Shown: piece after piece, positions 8,405 through 16,903 of the stretch | How positions within the stretch are numbered: position 1 is the first letter of the stretch | Layout: each line of letters begins with the position of its first letter | IMG/VR virus record: IMGVR_UViG_3300031651_000020 | Span: 1 to 24,226 of that record | DNA: 24,226 nt | Source: a virus | Lineage: Duplodnaviria > Caudoviricetes | Strand: one strand, 5' to 3' | Position numbers and translations under genes: made by a program | Notes under the pieces: model-generated | What the model saw: the letters and a program-made list of their open reading frames with translations, nothing else | Database searches by the model: none | Told to the model about the DNA's origin: nothing

Positions 8405-8420
8405 TTAAGGAGATAGAAAG

Positions 8421-9803
8421 TTGGGAAAAGAACAAGAAGAAAAAAACGAATTCACATTAAAAGACCTTAAAGAGCTTGTATCATCAATTATTGAGTCGAA
8501 TGTCATGAGCCAAGGGTTTGTCAAGCTGGGTGAACTGAAGGAACAGATCAAGACTGAATTGGCTTCGGTGGTGTCCGAGCAGAAAGACCTGAAAAAAGCA
8601 CTGGAAAAAGAGATTGAAAAGCTGGCAAATCTGCCAGGTCCCCGGGGTGATGTTGATGTAGGAAAAGATGGCGGAAACGAGCTCAAGGGCTTGAGTAAAT
8701 CAGGCGGGTATGATTCGTATTCGATGTTTGCGAAAGACGTGTATGTGGCATCAAAGCCTCAGGTCCGGGAATTAGCCCCCAGACTCAAGAAGTGGACAAG
8801 TGATGTAGAGGCATACGAGAAGATTATCATGAGCGGTAAGCCGGATTACGGTGATCCGTCATTAGTAATAAGCGATCCAGAACAGGGTGGTTATCTTATC
8901 CCCCCGGAATATTCAGCCAATTTGATGGAGAGAGGTTTTACCAATGCTGATTTCGCACCTATGGCGGATATTATCCCTATGGCAAGAAACACAGTCCACA
9001 TTCCTTTTATCAAGGATTTCACGCACACAACGTATTTGTACGGCGCTATGATGGCCTATTGGCTGGACGAACTTGGGACAAAATTGCCAACGAAGCCGAA
9101 ATTCGGAAAGACTACTCTTGAACTCAATAAGCTGGTGGTGTTGGTTTACAGCTCAGACGAATTACTGGAAGACTCCCCGATTTCGATGGAGCCCTTGCTC
9201 ACAAAGAAATCCGGGAACGTCATCAAGTGGAAAGTTGACGAATCAATGCTGGTAGGAACTGGAGTTGGACAGCCTCTCGGGGTTTTGAATTGCCCGGCGT
9301 TAATTCCTGTGCCCATTCAGGCAGGACAGGCAGCCGGTACTATAGTCTGGCAGAACATCGCCGACATGTGGAGCAGGGTGCATCCAGCATCAATACCGAA
9401 TGTTGTTTGGGTAGCGAATAACAGCATCTTCCCGCAGTTGATGGCGATGGCGATGGCAGTAGGAACAGGCGGAGCGCCGGTTTATCTACCTGCAAACGGT
9501 TTCAGTGCAAAGCCTTTTGACACCCTGATGGGCAAAAGAATAATCTGGTCTGAACACTCCCCGATTCTCGGACAGCAAGGTGATATTGCGCTAATAGACT
9601 GGAGTCAGTATATGGTTGGACAGAAAAGAGGCGCAGGCGCAGGAATCAAGACAGCGACATCGATTCATTTGATGTTCCTCTACGACCAGACAGCATTCAG
9701 GTTTGTATTCAGGATGGACGGTCAGCCCTGGTGGCCGACTGTTTTCACTCCCAAAAACGGCAACCCGCAATCCCCGTTCATAACTCTCAAGAAGAGAGTA
9801 TAG
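8421..9803 (+). CDS. Major capsid protein (HK97 fold) with N-terminal delta/scaffold-like coiled coil
   Basis: GGYLIPPEY, SDELLEDS, GTGVGQPLGVLN, TLMGKRI, DQTAFRFVFRMDGQP; TTG start with AAGGAG SD. Confidence 0.95.
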   Translation: MGKEQEEKNEFTLKDLKELVSSIIESNVMSQGFVKLGELKEQIKTELASVVSEQKDLKKALEKEIEKLANLPGPRGDVDVGKDGGNELKGLSKSGGYDSYSMFAKDVYVASKPQVRELAPRLKKWTSDVEAYEKIIMSGKPDYGDPSLVISDPEQGGYLIPPEYSANLMERGFTNADFAPMADIIPMARNTVHIPFIKDFTHTTYLYGAMMAYWLDELGTKLPTKPKFGKTTLELNKLVVLVYSSDELLEDSPISMEPLLTKKSGNVIKWKVDESMLVGTGVGQPLGVLNCPALIPVPIQAGQAAGTIVWQNIADMWSRVHPASIPNVVWVANNSIFPQLMAMAMAVGTGGAPVYLPANGFSAKPFDTLMGKRIIWSEHSPILGQQGDIALIDWSQYMVGQKRGAGAGIKTATSIHLMFLYDQTAFRFVFRMDGQPWWPTVFTPKNGNPQSPFITLKKRV

Positions 9804-9812
9804 GAGGACACG

Positions 9813-10442
9813 ATGGCACATACAGAATTTGAAAAAACAATCAAAACAACTCTCGGGATTTATCCTCAGGACATCAATGCTGCCGCTTTTGTAAGCCTTG
9901 TTACCTCCATGTCATTGGCTCATCATGCAGCAGTGTTTTTCAATGCTGGAGTTCTTGCGAGTGACGTTATTTGTAGTATCTATCAGGGATCGGAAGACCA
10001 TCCTGTAGTTGCAGTGACGTCGGGTGGAGCAGAAGCAGGTAATTTCGGTATAGCGGGAGACCTTACCGCATTGTTTACAGTAGGAGTATTGCTGGTGATT
10101 TCGGGTAGCACGGGTAACGATGGGATATACACGGTAGATGCGGCAGAATCTGCTTACGCAGGAGGAGTGACCACGATAGAGGTAGACGAAGCGGTTGCTT
10201 CGGCAGTTGCAGACGGAACTCTCACCCTTGTTAAAATCATTGCTGGAAAGACAATGACATTCACCGCGGCTACAGATTTGGCCATAAGCATCCTTGAGGC
10301 CAACGCTTCGGAGCTGGATATAGCGAACGGTTTCAAATCGATAATCGCTCATATTTCTGCCGTCGGAGCAAATGCTGGATTTGTTGGTTGCACAATTCAC
10401 AGATTCCCGCTGAGGTACTCGCCGCCTGCTTATGTTACCTGA
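9813..10442 (+). CDS. Probable capsid decoration/cement protein with an inserted beta-rich domain
   Basis: Immediately after the capsid gene, AGGAGG SD; Ala/Gly/Thr/Val-rich; ASELDIANGF and RY.P end; internal ISGSTGNDGIYTV module. Confidence 0.6.
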   Translation: MAHTEFEKTIKTTLGIYPQDINAAAFVSLVTSMSLAHHAAVFFNAGVLASDVICSIYQGSEDHPVVAVTSGGAEAGNFGIAGDLTALFTVGVLLVISGSTGNDGIYTVDAAESAYAGGVTTIEVDEAVASAVADGTLTLVKIIAGKTMTFTAATDLAISILEANASELDIANGFKSIIAHISAVGANAGFVGCTIHRFPLRYSPPAYVT

Positions 10443-10464
10443 TGACGGTCATTAGGATCTGAAG

Positions 10465-10737
10465 ATGGAAGTTAAACTGATAAAGAACTGGGGAAATCAC
10501 AGGAAAGGTGATTATCTGGTCTCGGTGAATCCAAGATTCAAGGCAAGTCTGGAAAATCTGGGGGTTATTAAAAAGACCCCGATTGCCAAAAAGAAAAAGC
10601 CTCGAAAGAGGAAGACAAAGGCTGTCAAAGCCTCACCGGCAAACAAGATGATTTCAGAATCGCCTAAAATTAAAACTGAGGAAGTCCACAAGCGCGATTG
10701 GACTCGCGGAGAAGGCTTTCACAGAATAGAGAAGTAA
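10465..10737 (+). CDS. Small basic hypothetical protein; N-terminus loosely resembles the ribosomal L9 N-terminal pattern
   Basis: MEVKLIKNW...KGD.LV.V.....LENLG, then a Lys-rich tail with PANKM; located in the head module. Confidence 0.7.
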   Translation: MEVKLIKNWGNHRKGDYLVSVNPRFKASLENLGVIKKTPIAKKKKPRKRKTKAVKASPANKMISESPKIKTEEVHKRDWTRGEGFHRIEK

Positions 10738-10743
10738 CCATAT

Positions 10744-10775
10744 TGGTAGAGGGGCTGGATAAAGTCCCTCTACCA
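10744..10775 (+). terminator. 13-bp stem-loop (terminator, pause or mRNA-stabilising hairpin)
   Basis: TGGTAGAGGGGCT-GGATAA-AGTCCCTCTACCA; no real U-tract follows, so intrinsic termination is uncertain. Confidence 0.45.
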
Positions 10776-10795
10776 TTGCACACAGGAGGTGCATT

Positions 10796-11527
10796 ATGAA
10801 GACACAAGCATATTGGCGAAATTACAATATGGCCTTTAGGGACAAGGATTACAGCCCTCAGAAGGGAGTGTCCCTGTGGGAAACTTGCCCTCAGTTGGCA
10901 TCACTTGACCCAGGAGTTGGGATTACTTACATGGAGGATTTTTTCGCTTGGACAACTGCTGACTGGACACAGACGATAATTGGAGTTGGTGGAGCAGTTG
11001 GATTGCAGAATGGCAAAGGTGGAATTCTAAGGCTCACAACAGATGTTTTGGATGATGATGGTGTCCAGATTCAAAAAAAATTACCAGAGGATATTTTTAT
11101 TCCTGCTGCCGCAAAACCACTTTGGTTCGAAGCGAAAATGCAATTGGTTACCGCAGCGAAGCACGTTGAGAGTGAGTTTCTAATAGGATTGGCAATTACA
11201 GATACAACCGTTATTCCTGGCGTAAATGACGGTATTTTCTTTCAGAAAGCCGATGCCACTGCGGAAGTTGGCGCTTTAACTGAGATTGGAGGTGTAGCAA
11301 CAACTACACCGGGAGTGCTTACATTCGCCCCTGCCACATGGTACAAGTTCGGATTCTGGTGCGACGGAATTACAACCTGTTATTTATATGTAGATGGAGT
11401 GCTCGTCGCTACTCACACCACGCACATTCCAATCGTTGCAATGCAGCCGACATTTGCAGTTTTAAATGGAGAAGCTGGAGCAGTAGAGTGGGATATTGAC
11501 TACTTTAAGATATTCCAAATCAGATAA
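10796..11527 (+). CDS. Probable virion protein with concanavalin/LamG-like beta-sandwich
   Basis: AGGAGGT SD; EDF..W, GGILRLTT, LWFEAK, WYKFGF, YVDGVLVATH, DIDY beta-strand pattern. Confidence 0.6.
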   Translation: MKTQAYWRNYNMAFRDKDYSPQKGVSLWETCPQLASLDPGVGITYMEDFFAWTTADWTQTIIGVGGAVGLQNGKGGILRLTTDVLDDDGVQIQKKLPEDIFIPAAAKPLWFEAKMQLVTAAKHVESEFLIGLAITDTTVIPGVNDGIFFQKADATAEVGALTEIGGVATTTPGVLTFAPATWYKFGFWCDGITTCYLYVDGVLVATHTTHIPIVAMQPTFAVLNGEAGAVEWDIDYFKIFQIR

Positions 11528-11561
11528 GCAGGACAAGCAGTATAAGGTAACGAAAATTAAC

Positions 11562-11609
11562 AGACAGGGAGCATTGGTTGACGTTTGAGCCCTTGCTCTC
11601 TGCCTTTAT
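11562..11609 (+). terminator. Imperfect stem-loop, possible weak terminator
   Basis: AGACAGGGAGCA (11562-11573) pairs with TGCTCTCTGCCT (11594-11605), followed by TTAT. Confidence 0.35.
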
Positions 11610-11630
11610 AAACGTATAGGAGGGTGAAAT

Positions 11631-11855
11631 ATGGATATTAGATTCCACTATTTGAACAGGAATTGCATAGACGGCGTGAAATATATTTATATTCCTAAAA
11701 GGGCAAGGGTTTGGAAGTTGTTCCAGATTGGCATTGTAAGGGAAAGTCCGAGGAATTGGTGGGTTGAACTGGTGTTTTTTAATCGGGAAATCAATGCAAA
11801 TATCTTTTGGCTTGACAGGGGTTTTAAGGCTCAGTTAAAAGCCGAAGAATTATAG
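11631..11855 (+). CDS. Hypothetical protein (74 aa)
   Basis: AGGAGGG SD; fills the gap on the operon strand. Confidence 0.65.
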   Translation: MDIRFHYLNRNCIDGVKYIYIPKRARVWKLFQIGIVRESPRNWWVELVFFNREINANIFWLDRGFKAQLKAEEL

Positions 11856-11864
11856 GAGGACGAA

Positions 11865-12227
11865 ATGGCAGGAACAGTTACAAAGCTTGAAGAAACATAT
11901 GGAACAGTCAAGAAAATAGCTTTTTCCTGGCTTTCTACTGCCGGAGGACTTGCGGATCTGGTGACTACTGAATATTACTCTGGGAAGATATTGGGGCTCT
12001 GCACTGTGCCTGACGGCGTTGATGCCCCTGATGATAACTATGGTGTGGAACTCAAAGACGAGGACGGAGTGGATGTTTTGATGGGTGGAGGATTGTTGAG
12101 AGACACAGCCGATACGGAGTTTGTGCTTTCTGCGTCTCTTGGTGCTGTGGCCAACGACAAACTGCATCTTTATATAACTCTTGCAGGAGCAGCGAATAAG
12201 GGCAAAGTATACGTGTACATAAGGTGA
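11865..12227 (+). CDS. Hypothetical, probably structural beta-rich protein (120 aa)
   Basis: AGGAGG SD; acidic Gly-rich, DEDGVDVL.G.G, AGAANKGKVYVYIR; located in the head module. Confidence 0.7.
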   Translation: MAGTVTKLEETYGTVKKIAFSWLSTAGGLADLVTTEYYSGKILGLCTVPDGVDAPDDNYGVELKDEDGVDVLMGGGLLRDTADTEFVLSASLGAVANDKLHLYITLAGAANKGKVYVYIR

Positions 12228-12301
12228 GCACAAATCAATCCAAAGAATGCATATTATGCGGGATAAACCCGATAATTGGGCACGATGTTAGAGGCTAATT
12301 A

Positions 12302-13246
12302 ATGAAGGTTCTAATCGTAACTGACAAATATGCGATGTCAAATGACATATCAAACGGTTACCGGGTCGGCAAGGCTTTCGGGTCCTTGGGTCATGATGTT
12401 AGTTTTGTGAGTCCTGAAATGGCATCGACAAAGGCGGGAGACGCTGATTTCATTCTAGGGTTTAATTCACTTCTGTACAGTTACCGGATGTTCTTGAATG
12501 TATGGATATCGAAAGCGAAGGCCCCGAAGGCAAAATTTGCTATATGGAACTTTGATTCTTGTAGTGATATTGACGGAATGAATAAAATGCGCAACAGAAA
12601 CATCAGGAAAATAATCCCATATATAGACCTGCTGATTACAACGGATCACGACTTCCCTTGGGAAAACCATATTGATAATTATCTGCATTTAAGCCAGGGG
12701 GTCGATCCAGAAGATTTCAATTATACACTCGGCAACAATGAAGACAGGCCGTATGATGTGATTTATACTGGAGGGATATATGACAGAGAGCCGGAAAGAA
12801 TACAGGCTTTAGAGAAAATCGGACAAAAGTTCAAAAGTATTATTTATACTTCAAGCAATGGAGACAAACTTCCTGAGCTGAAAAAATTGACTTTGAAGGC
12901 TAGTGTTTACGGGAAAGATTTTTTCGATGCGTACCAGCAAGCAAAAATCGCTTTCGTGCCCAGGCCGCCCTCTGAAATCAAGGAAAACTACTGGAGTAAT
13001 CGGATTTATTTGGCAGCCGCTACGGGGACTTGTTGCCTTGTTGAATATGTGAAAGGTATAGAGAAAGAGTTTAATTCTTTTGAAGAAGTGTTGTATTCAT
13101 TTGGTAGCAACGATATTGTCGAAAAGATAAAATTTCTGTTGTCAGATCCAGGACTGAGGTTAGAGCTTGGCAGAAATGCAAGGCAGAGGGTTCTTAATAA
13201 TTATAAATATTCAAACAGAGTTAAAAAAATACTGGAGATCTTATGA
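12302..13246 (+). CDS. Glycosyltransferase, GT-B fold (CgeB / Glyco_trans_1_2-like)
   Basis: MKVLIV start, GHDV, HLSQGVDP, DVIYTG, YWSNRIY.AAATG, ELGRNARQRVLNNYKYSNRV. Confidence 0.85.
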   Translation: MKVLIVTDKYAMSNDISNGYRVGKAFGSLGHDVSFVSPEMASTKAGDADFILGFNSLLYSYRMFLNVWISKAKAPKAKFAIWNFDSCSDIDGMNKMRNRNIRKIIPYIDLLITTDHDFPWENHIDNYLHLSQGVDPEDFNYTLGNNEDRPYDVIYTGGIYDREPERIQALEKIGQKFKSIIYTSSNGDKLPELKKLTLKASVYGKDFFDAYQQAKIAFVPRPPSEIKENYWSNRIYLAAATGTCCLVEYVKGIEKEFNSFEEVLYSFGSNDIVEKIKFLLSDPGLRLELGRNARQRVLNNYKYSNRVKKILEIL

Positions 13247-13923
13247 AAATATCGCTGTTTATTCCTGTCTGGAAGCGGTTCAAATACCTTAAAAATGTGC
13301 TACAGGCATGGTCTCCGCAGGTTGATGACATAACAGTCTGGGATGATTCAGGAGAAGAAAGAAAATATTCCAGCAAAGTCACAGTGATAAGAGCCTCCAA
13401 AAGGCAAGGCAGTCATATCAAATTCAAAACAGCCCAGATTCTTAAGAACGACATGGTTCTGATAAGCGATGACGACATCATGCCGGGGCAAAATCTGGTT
13501 GCGGAACTCATGGCCGGATTCAATAAAATTCCATTGGATGACGAACTGAAAGTAATAACCATATTCGGGAGAAAGCTGTCTAAACACGGCTACCAAAGCT
13601 ATCCGCTGCAAAGGGCAGATCTGATTACAGAAATTCAGGAAGTTGATTGGGCAGGGCGACTGCTGTTTGGACATCGGAAGAATTTTATGATTGATATAAC
13701 CAAGTGCCCCAACTATTTGCTGGACGATCTGTTCTGGTCATTTGAGCTTCGCAGGCAAAGACCAAAAGCAAAGATATTTGTTATTCCTACAATAGAATGG
13801 GGGAATACCCTTGAAGCTAATGATAAAAATTCGCTTTGCAATATTCCCGGGTACTGGATAATGAGAAACAATTTTGTAAGAATGAATTACGAGAAATATT
13901 TTAATGAAGGGCACGAAAAATGA
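13243..13923 (+). CDS. Glycosyltransferase, GT-A fold
   Basis: MKISLFIPVWKR, ITVWDDSG, LISDDDI (DxD), DDLFWS; ATGA coupling. Confidence 0.8.
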   Translation: MKISLFIPVWKRFKYLKNVLQAWSPQVDDITVWDDSGEERKYSSKVTVIRASKRQGSHIKFKTAQILKNDMVLISDDDIMPGQNLVAELMAGFNKIPLDDELKVITIFGRKLSKHGYQSYPLQRADLITEIQEVDWAGRLLFGHRKNFMIDITKCPNYLLDDLFWSFELRRQRPKAKIFVIPTIEWGNTLEANDKNSLCNIPGYWIMRNNFVRMNYEKYFNEGHEK

Positions 13924-14672
13924 AGGCACGAGTATTGAACCATATTATGTATTTAGACCCTGAAGATCAGCTTATATCCAAAAATTTGTTTAATAATAAG
14001 GGTCATGAGCTTAACGAAACCGCCCTTGTATTAAAGACGCTAAAAAAGGGTGATGTGGCCATAGACATAGGAGCGCATATTGGTTATTTCACTTTGATAA
14101 TGGCAAGGTGTGTCGGGCGGCAGGGAAAGACATACGCTTTTGAGCCATCGCCTAGAAATTTTAAATTATTGCAAAAAAACGTTGATTACAATGGTTATAA
14201 GAATGCGACTCTCATCCCCAAAGCCGTCTCTGATAGATCGGAGGAAGCAACGTTATATCTGAATCCTGGGAACACGGGAAACAACATGCTTTTTAAAAGA
14301 ACTAATAATGTTCAAGGAATTCGGATTGAGACCATATCGCTTGACAATTATTTCTCTGACATTGATTTCAATATTGATTTCATTAAGATTGACGTAGAGG
14401 GTTCAGAGCCTTTGGTCATAAACGGGATGAAGAAAATACTTGAGGAGTTTGCATACATAAATCTAATGATAGAGTTTTTCCCGCAATTGCTCAGGGTTTC
14501 AGGATTTGACCCCCGGGCTTTCCTGGTCACGCTGAGAGAGCTTGGCTTTAAACTGTATTTTATAGAAAAAGGTAAGCTGAAAGCATTTAATCAAATCGCA
14601 AGCAGGTATATTAATCACCTAACTTGGCACAAAAACATTTATTGTGAGAGCATGATGAGGTATGAAAAATGA
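13920..14672 (+). CDS. FkbM-family SAM methyltransferase
   Basis: IDIGAHIGYFT, YAFEPSP.N, AVSD, DFIKIDVEGSEPLVING. Confidence 0.92.
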   Translation: MKARVLNHIMYLDPEDQLISKNLFNNKGHELNETALVLKTLKKGDVAIDIGAHIGYFTLIMARCVGRQGKTYAFEPSPRNFKLLQKNVDYNGYKNATLIPKAVSDRSEEATLYLNPGNTGNNMLFKRTNNVQGIRIETISLDNYFSDIDFNIDFIKIDVEGSEPLVINGMKKILEEFAYINLMIEFFPQLLRVSGFDPRAFLVTLRELGFKLYFIEKGKLKAFNQIASRYINHLTWHKNIYCESMMRYEK

Positions 14673-14794
14673 TTGACCTAAAAGAACGGCTTTGGAGACC
14701 GGATGACAGCCTCGTAGGATTCCATCCAAAGAACCGGTATGCCAGAGCTAAACTGGAATCGCTCGGATATATATGTAGGAGGCTTAAATGTTAG
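14669..14794 (+). CDS. 41-aa protein, apparent paralogue of the N-terminus of 10465..10737
   Basis: MIDLKERLWRPDDSLVGFHPKNRYARAKLESLGYICRRLKC; ATGA overlap upstream, overlaps the next start; too short for the ORF track. Confidence 0.6.
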   Translation: MIDLKERLWRPDDSLVGFHPKNRYARAKLESLGYICRRLKC

Positions 14795-16146
14795 ACCCAT
14801 ATGCGCTTTTAACCTTAGAGGAATACAAGGCACTTGCCGGCCTGAGCAACAACGACATCGAGGCCGATGCCATATCGCTATATAGCGATGATGGAACTGC
14901 TGCGACCGCTAAGAAATCAGGAAATATTTTAACGCTGGACAAAACTGCCGGAACAGGGACAGACCACGCCATTGACCTAACGGGTGGCACTCCAGTAGTT
15001 GTTACCGATATCACTCTAGGGATTTGCACAACAGCAGACACGCAAGATTTGAATATTGGCGATTTAGTTATCTTTGCCGGGGATGTCTCGGTTAGTGGGA
15101 AAACATATGAAATAACAGCATTGACTCTAGATACTGATTTTACAATAGATGATTTGACGGTAAACCCGGGAGCGGTAATAGCAACCACCTGCATACTTGC
15201 CAGTTATAATCTTGGTAAATTGGCGGTGCTTATAAATAATTATGTTGGCTGGACAGCGAATTTAGAAGGTTGGTCGATGGCAAGTTCTATTGATTTGAAG
15301 AACCGTTCTGCGACTAACTGTCTATTAGAAGTAAACGAATTGACGCTGATTTATTATGATAACTATACTCTGGAGAGGCTGATTGACAGCGCCAGTCAGA
15401 TCGTGGAAAACTTTTTGAGGCGGAAAATCCTGACAAGAGATTACTTAAATGAACGGTATGATGGCCACGGAAGTGTATATCTCGAGCTTGACAATTATCC
15501 GGTTACTGCAATTTCGCAAATATGTGAGGGCGTGGCTGATGTGATCAGAGCAAAATACACGAGCACGACTGAAAGGAATGCTTATATCACAGTAACGGCA
15601 ACGGGGGTTGTGCTTACGGTAGATGGAGTATCAGGGGCAGAATTGACATTTGTGGCATACCCAACGATTACGACAATGGCAGCGGCAATAAATGCGGTTG
15701 CTTCTTGGAATGCTCAGGTCATTGCATCGACTTTTAACGGTTATCCGTCAACCCAACTATTCGAGCAGGCAAATCTTTACGGAAAGGATGTATATGCTGA
15801 CTTGTGCATACCAGACGATCCGCTAGACGGCTATGAAATTGATAAAAATGAAGGAAGGATTTACAGGCCTTCTGGGTTTTCGTCAGGCGATAGGAATATA
15901 TTCACTACCTATACCGCTGGATATTTGACAGTTCCTTATGCGATAAAGCACGGTGTTTTCAAGCTGGTTAAGGATATGGATGACAAGAGAGAGGAAAGTG
16001 GTGGGGAAAGCCTTAAGTCGGAGAAGCTGGGCGATTATAGCTACAGTAAAGGCGAAAGCAAAAATGTGCTAAAGAAGGTTCTGGACTCAAAGGAATATAG
16101 CGAATTGAAGGCATACCAAAGACCGCTGGTAGGAGATTTGTATTGA
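14788..16146 (+). CDS. Head-tail connector (HK97 gp6-like) enlarged by inserted domains
   Basis: ALLTLEEYK, LERLIDSASQIVENFLRR, ERYDG...L.LDNYPV, YTAGY..VP.AIK, KSEKLGDYSYS; AGGAGG SD. Confidence 0.82.
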   Translation: MLDPYALLTLEEYKALAGLSNNDIEADAISLYSDDGTAATAKKSGNILTLDKTAGTGTDHAIDLTGGTPVVVTDITLGICTTADTQDLNIGDLVIFAGDVSVSGKTYEITALTLDTDFTIDDLTVNPGAVIATTCILASYNLGKLAVLINNYVGWTANLEGWSMASSIDLKNRSATNCLLEVNELTLIYYDNYTLERLIDSASQIVENFLRRKILTRDYLNERYDGHGSVYLELDNYPVTAISQICEGVADVIRAKYTSTTERNAYITVTATGVVLTVDGVSGAELTFVAYPTITTMAAAINAVASWNAQVIASTFNGYPSTQLFEQANLYGKDVYADLCIPDDPLDGYEIDKNEGRIYRPSGFSSGDRNIFTTYTAGYLTVPYAIKHGVFKLVKDMDDKREESGGESLKSEKLGDYSYSKGESKNVLKKVLDSKEYSELKAYQRPLVGDLY

Positions 16147-16484
16147 GCATCAAGAGCATGATTGAGAAGGCCGGGACTAAATGCAAAATACTGTATTTGA
16201 GTAGTGTCGTAGGGGCCGGCGCCCAGCTCACGAAAACGTGGTTGGTAAGATATAACAATGTGCCGATAAGATTCAACCCGAAGCCGAAAGTAAACGAGGC
16301 GCTGTATTTCGATACTCAAAAGGCGTTCCCGGTAACTGTTGCTTATATTATGTATAAGCCCGGGATAATTAAAAGAGATAGAGTGAAATTTGGCACCAGG
16401 CTTTATGATATTAAAATGATTGAAGATTGGGATGAGCAAAACTTGTATTTAACATTAAGTTTACAGGAGATAACCAACCCATGA
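16143..16484 (+). CDS. Head closure / head-tail adaptor protein (SPP1 gp16-like)
   Basis: GIIKRDRVKFGTRLYDIKMIEDWDEQNLYL; size and position after the connector. Confidence 0.75.
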   Translation: MSIKSMIEKAGTKCKILYLSSVVGAGAQLTKTWLVRYNNVPIRFNPKPKVNEALYFDTQKAFPVTVAYIMYKPGIIKRDRVKFGTRLYDIKMIEDWDEQNLYLTLSLQEITNP

Positions 16485-16903
16485 AAATTAACGGATTTAA
16501 AGACAGTGAATACGCTAGAGAACCTAGGACTGTCCTTAAAAGATACCTTGAAGAATGGGAGAAGAGAGACTGGGCTGGAATGGTTGAAGACACGCAAAAA
16601 TCTTGGGTGTTGGCAATGCCAGATCCAGAAGAGATGCTGAAGGTCATCTTTTCATATAAGCCAATTGAGGCTACCTTGATAAGGGAAGCGATGTTGAGCA
16701 ACGTAGCTTATGCCTGTATATTAAACATGCAATATCTGGTGGCTAGAGGGGTTGTGGCAGACGTCCAGTTTGACGCGAGAGTTATCTGTGAGATTGATCA
16801 GCTGATGCCGTCTCCTGATGGAGATTGGGGAGTGAACCCCATCAGCTTGACCCCGACAATGGGGCTTGGATATAAAAATGATAAGGCCGAAAATCGTTGT
16901 TAA
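16481..16903 (+). CDS. Hypothetical protein (140 aa)
   Basis: ATGA-coupled ORF in the neck module ending CE....PSPDGDWGVNPISL; no function recognised. Confidence 0.7.
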   Translation: MKINGFKDSEYAREPRTVLKRYLEEWEKRDWAGMVEDTQKSWVLAMPDPEEMLKVIFSYKPIEATLIREAMLSNVAYACILNMQYLVARGVVADVQFDARVICEIDQLMPSPDGDWGVNPISLTPTMGLGYKNDKAENRC

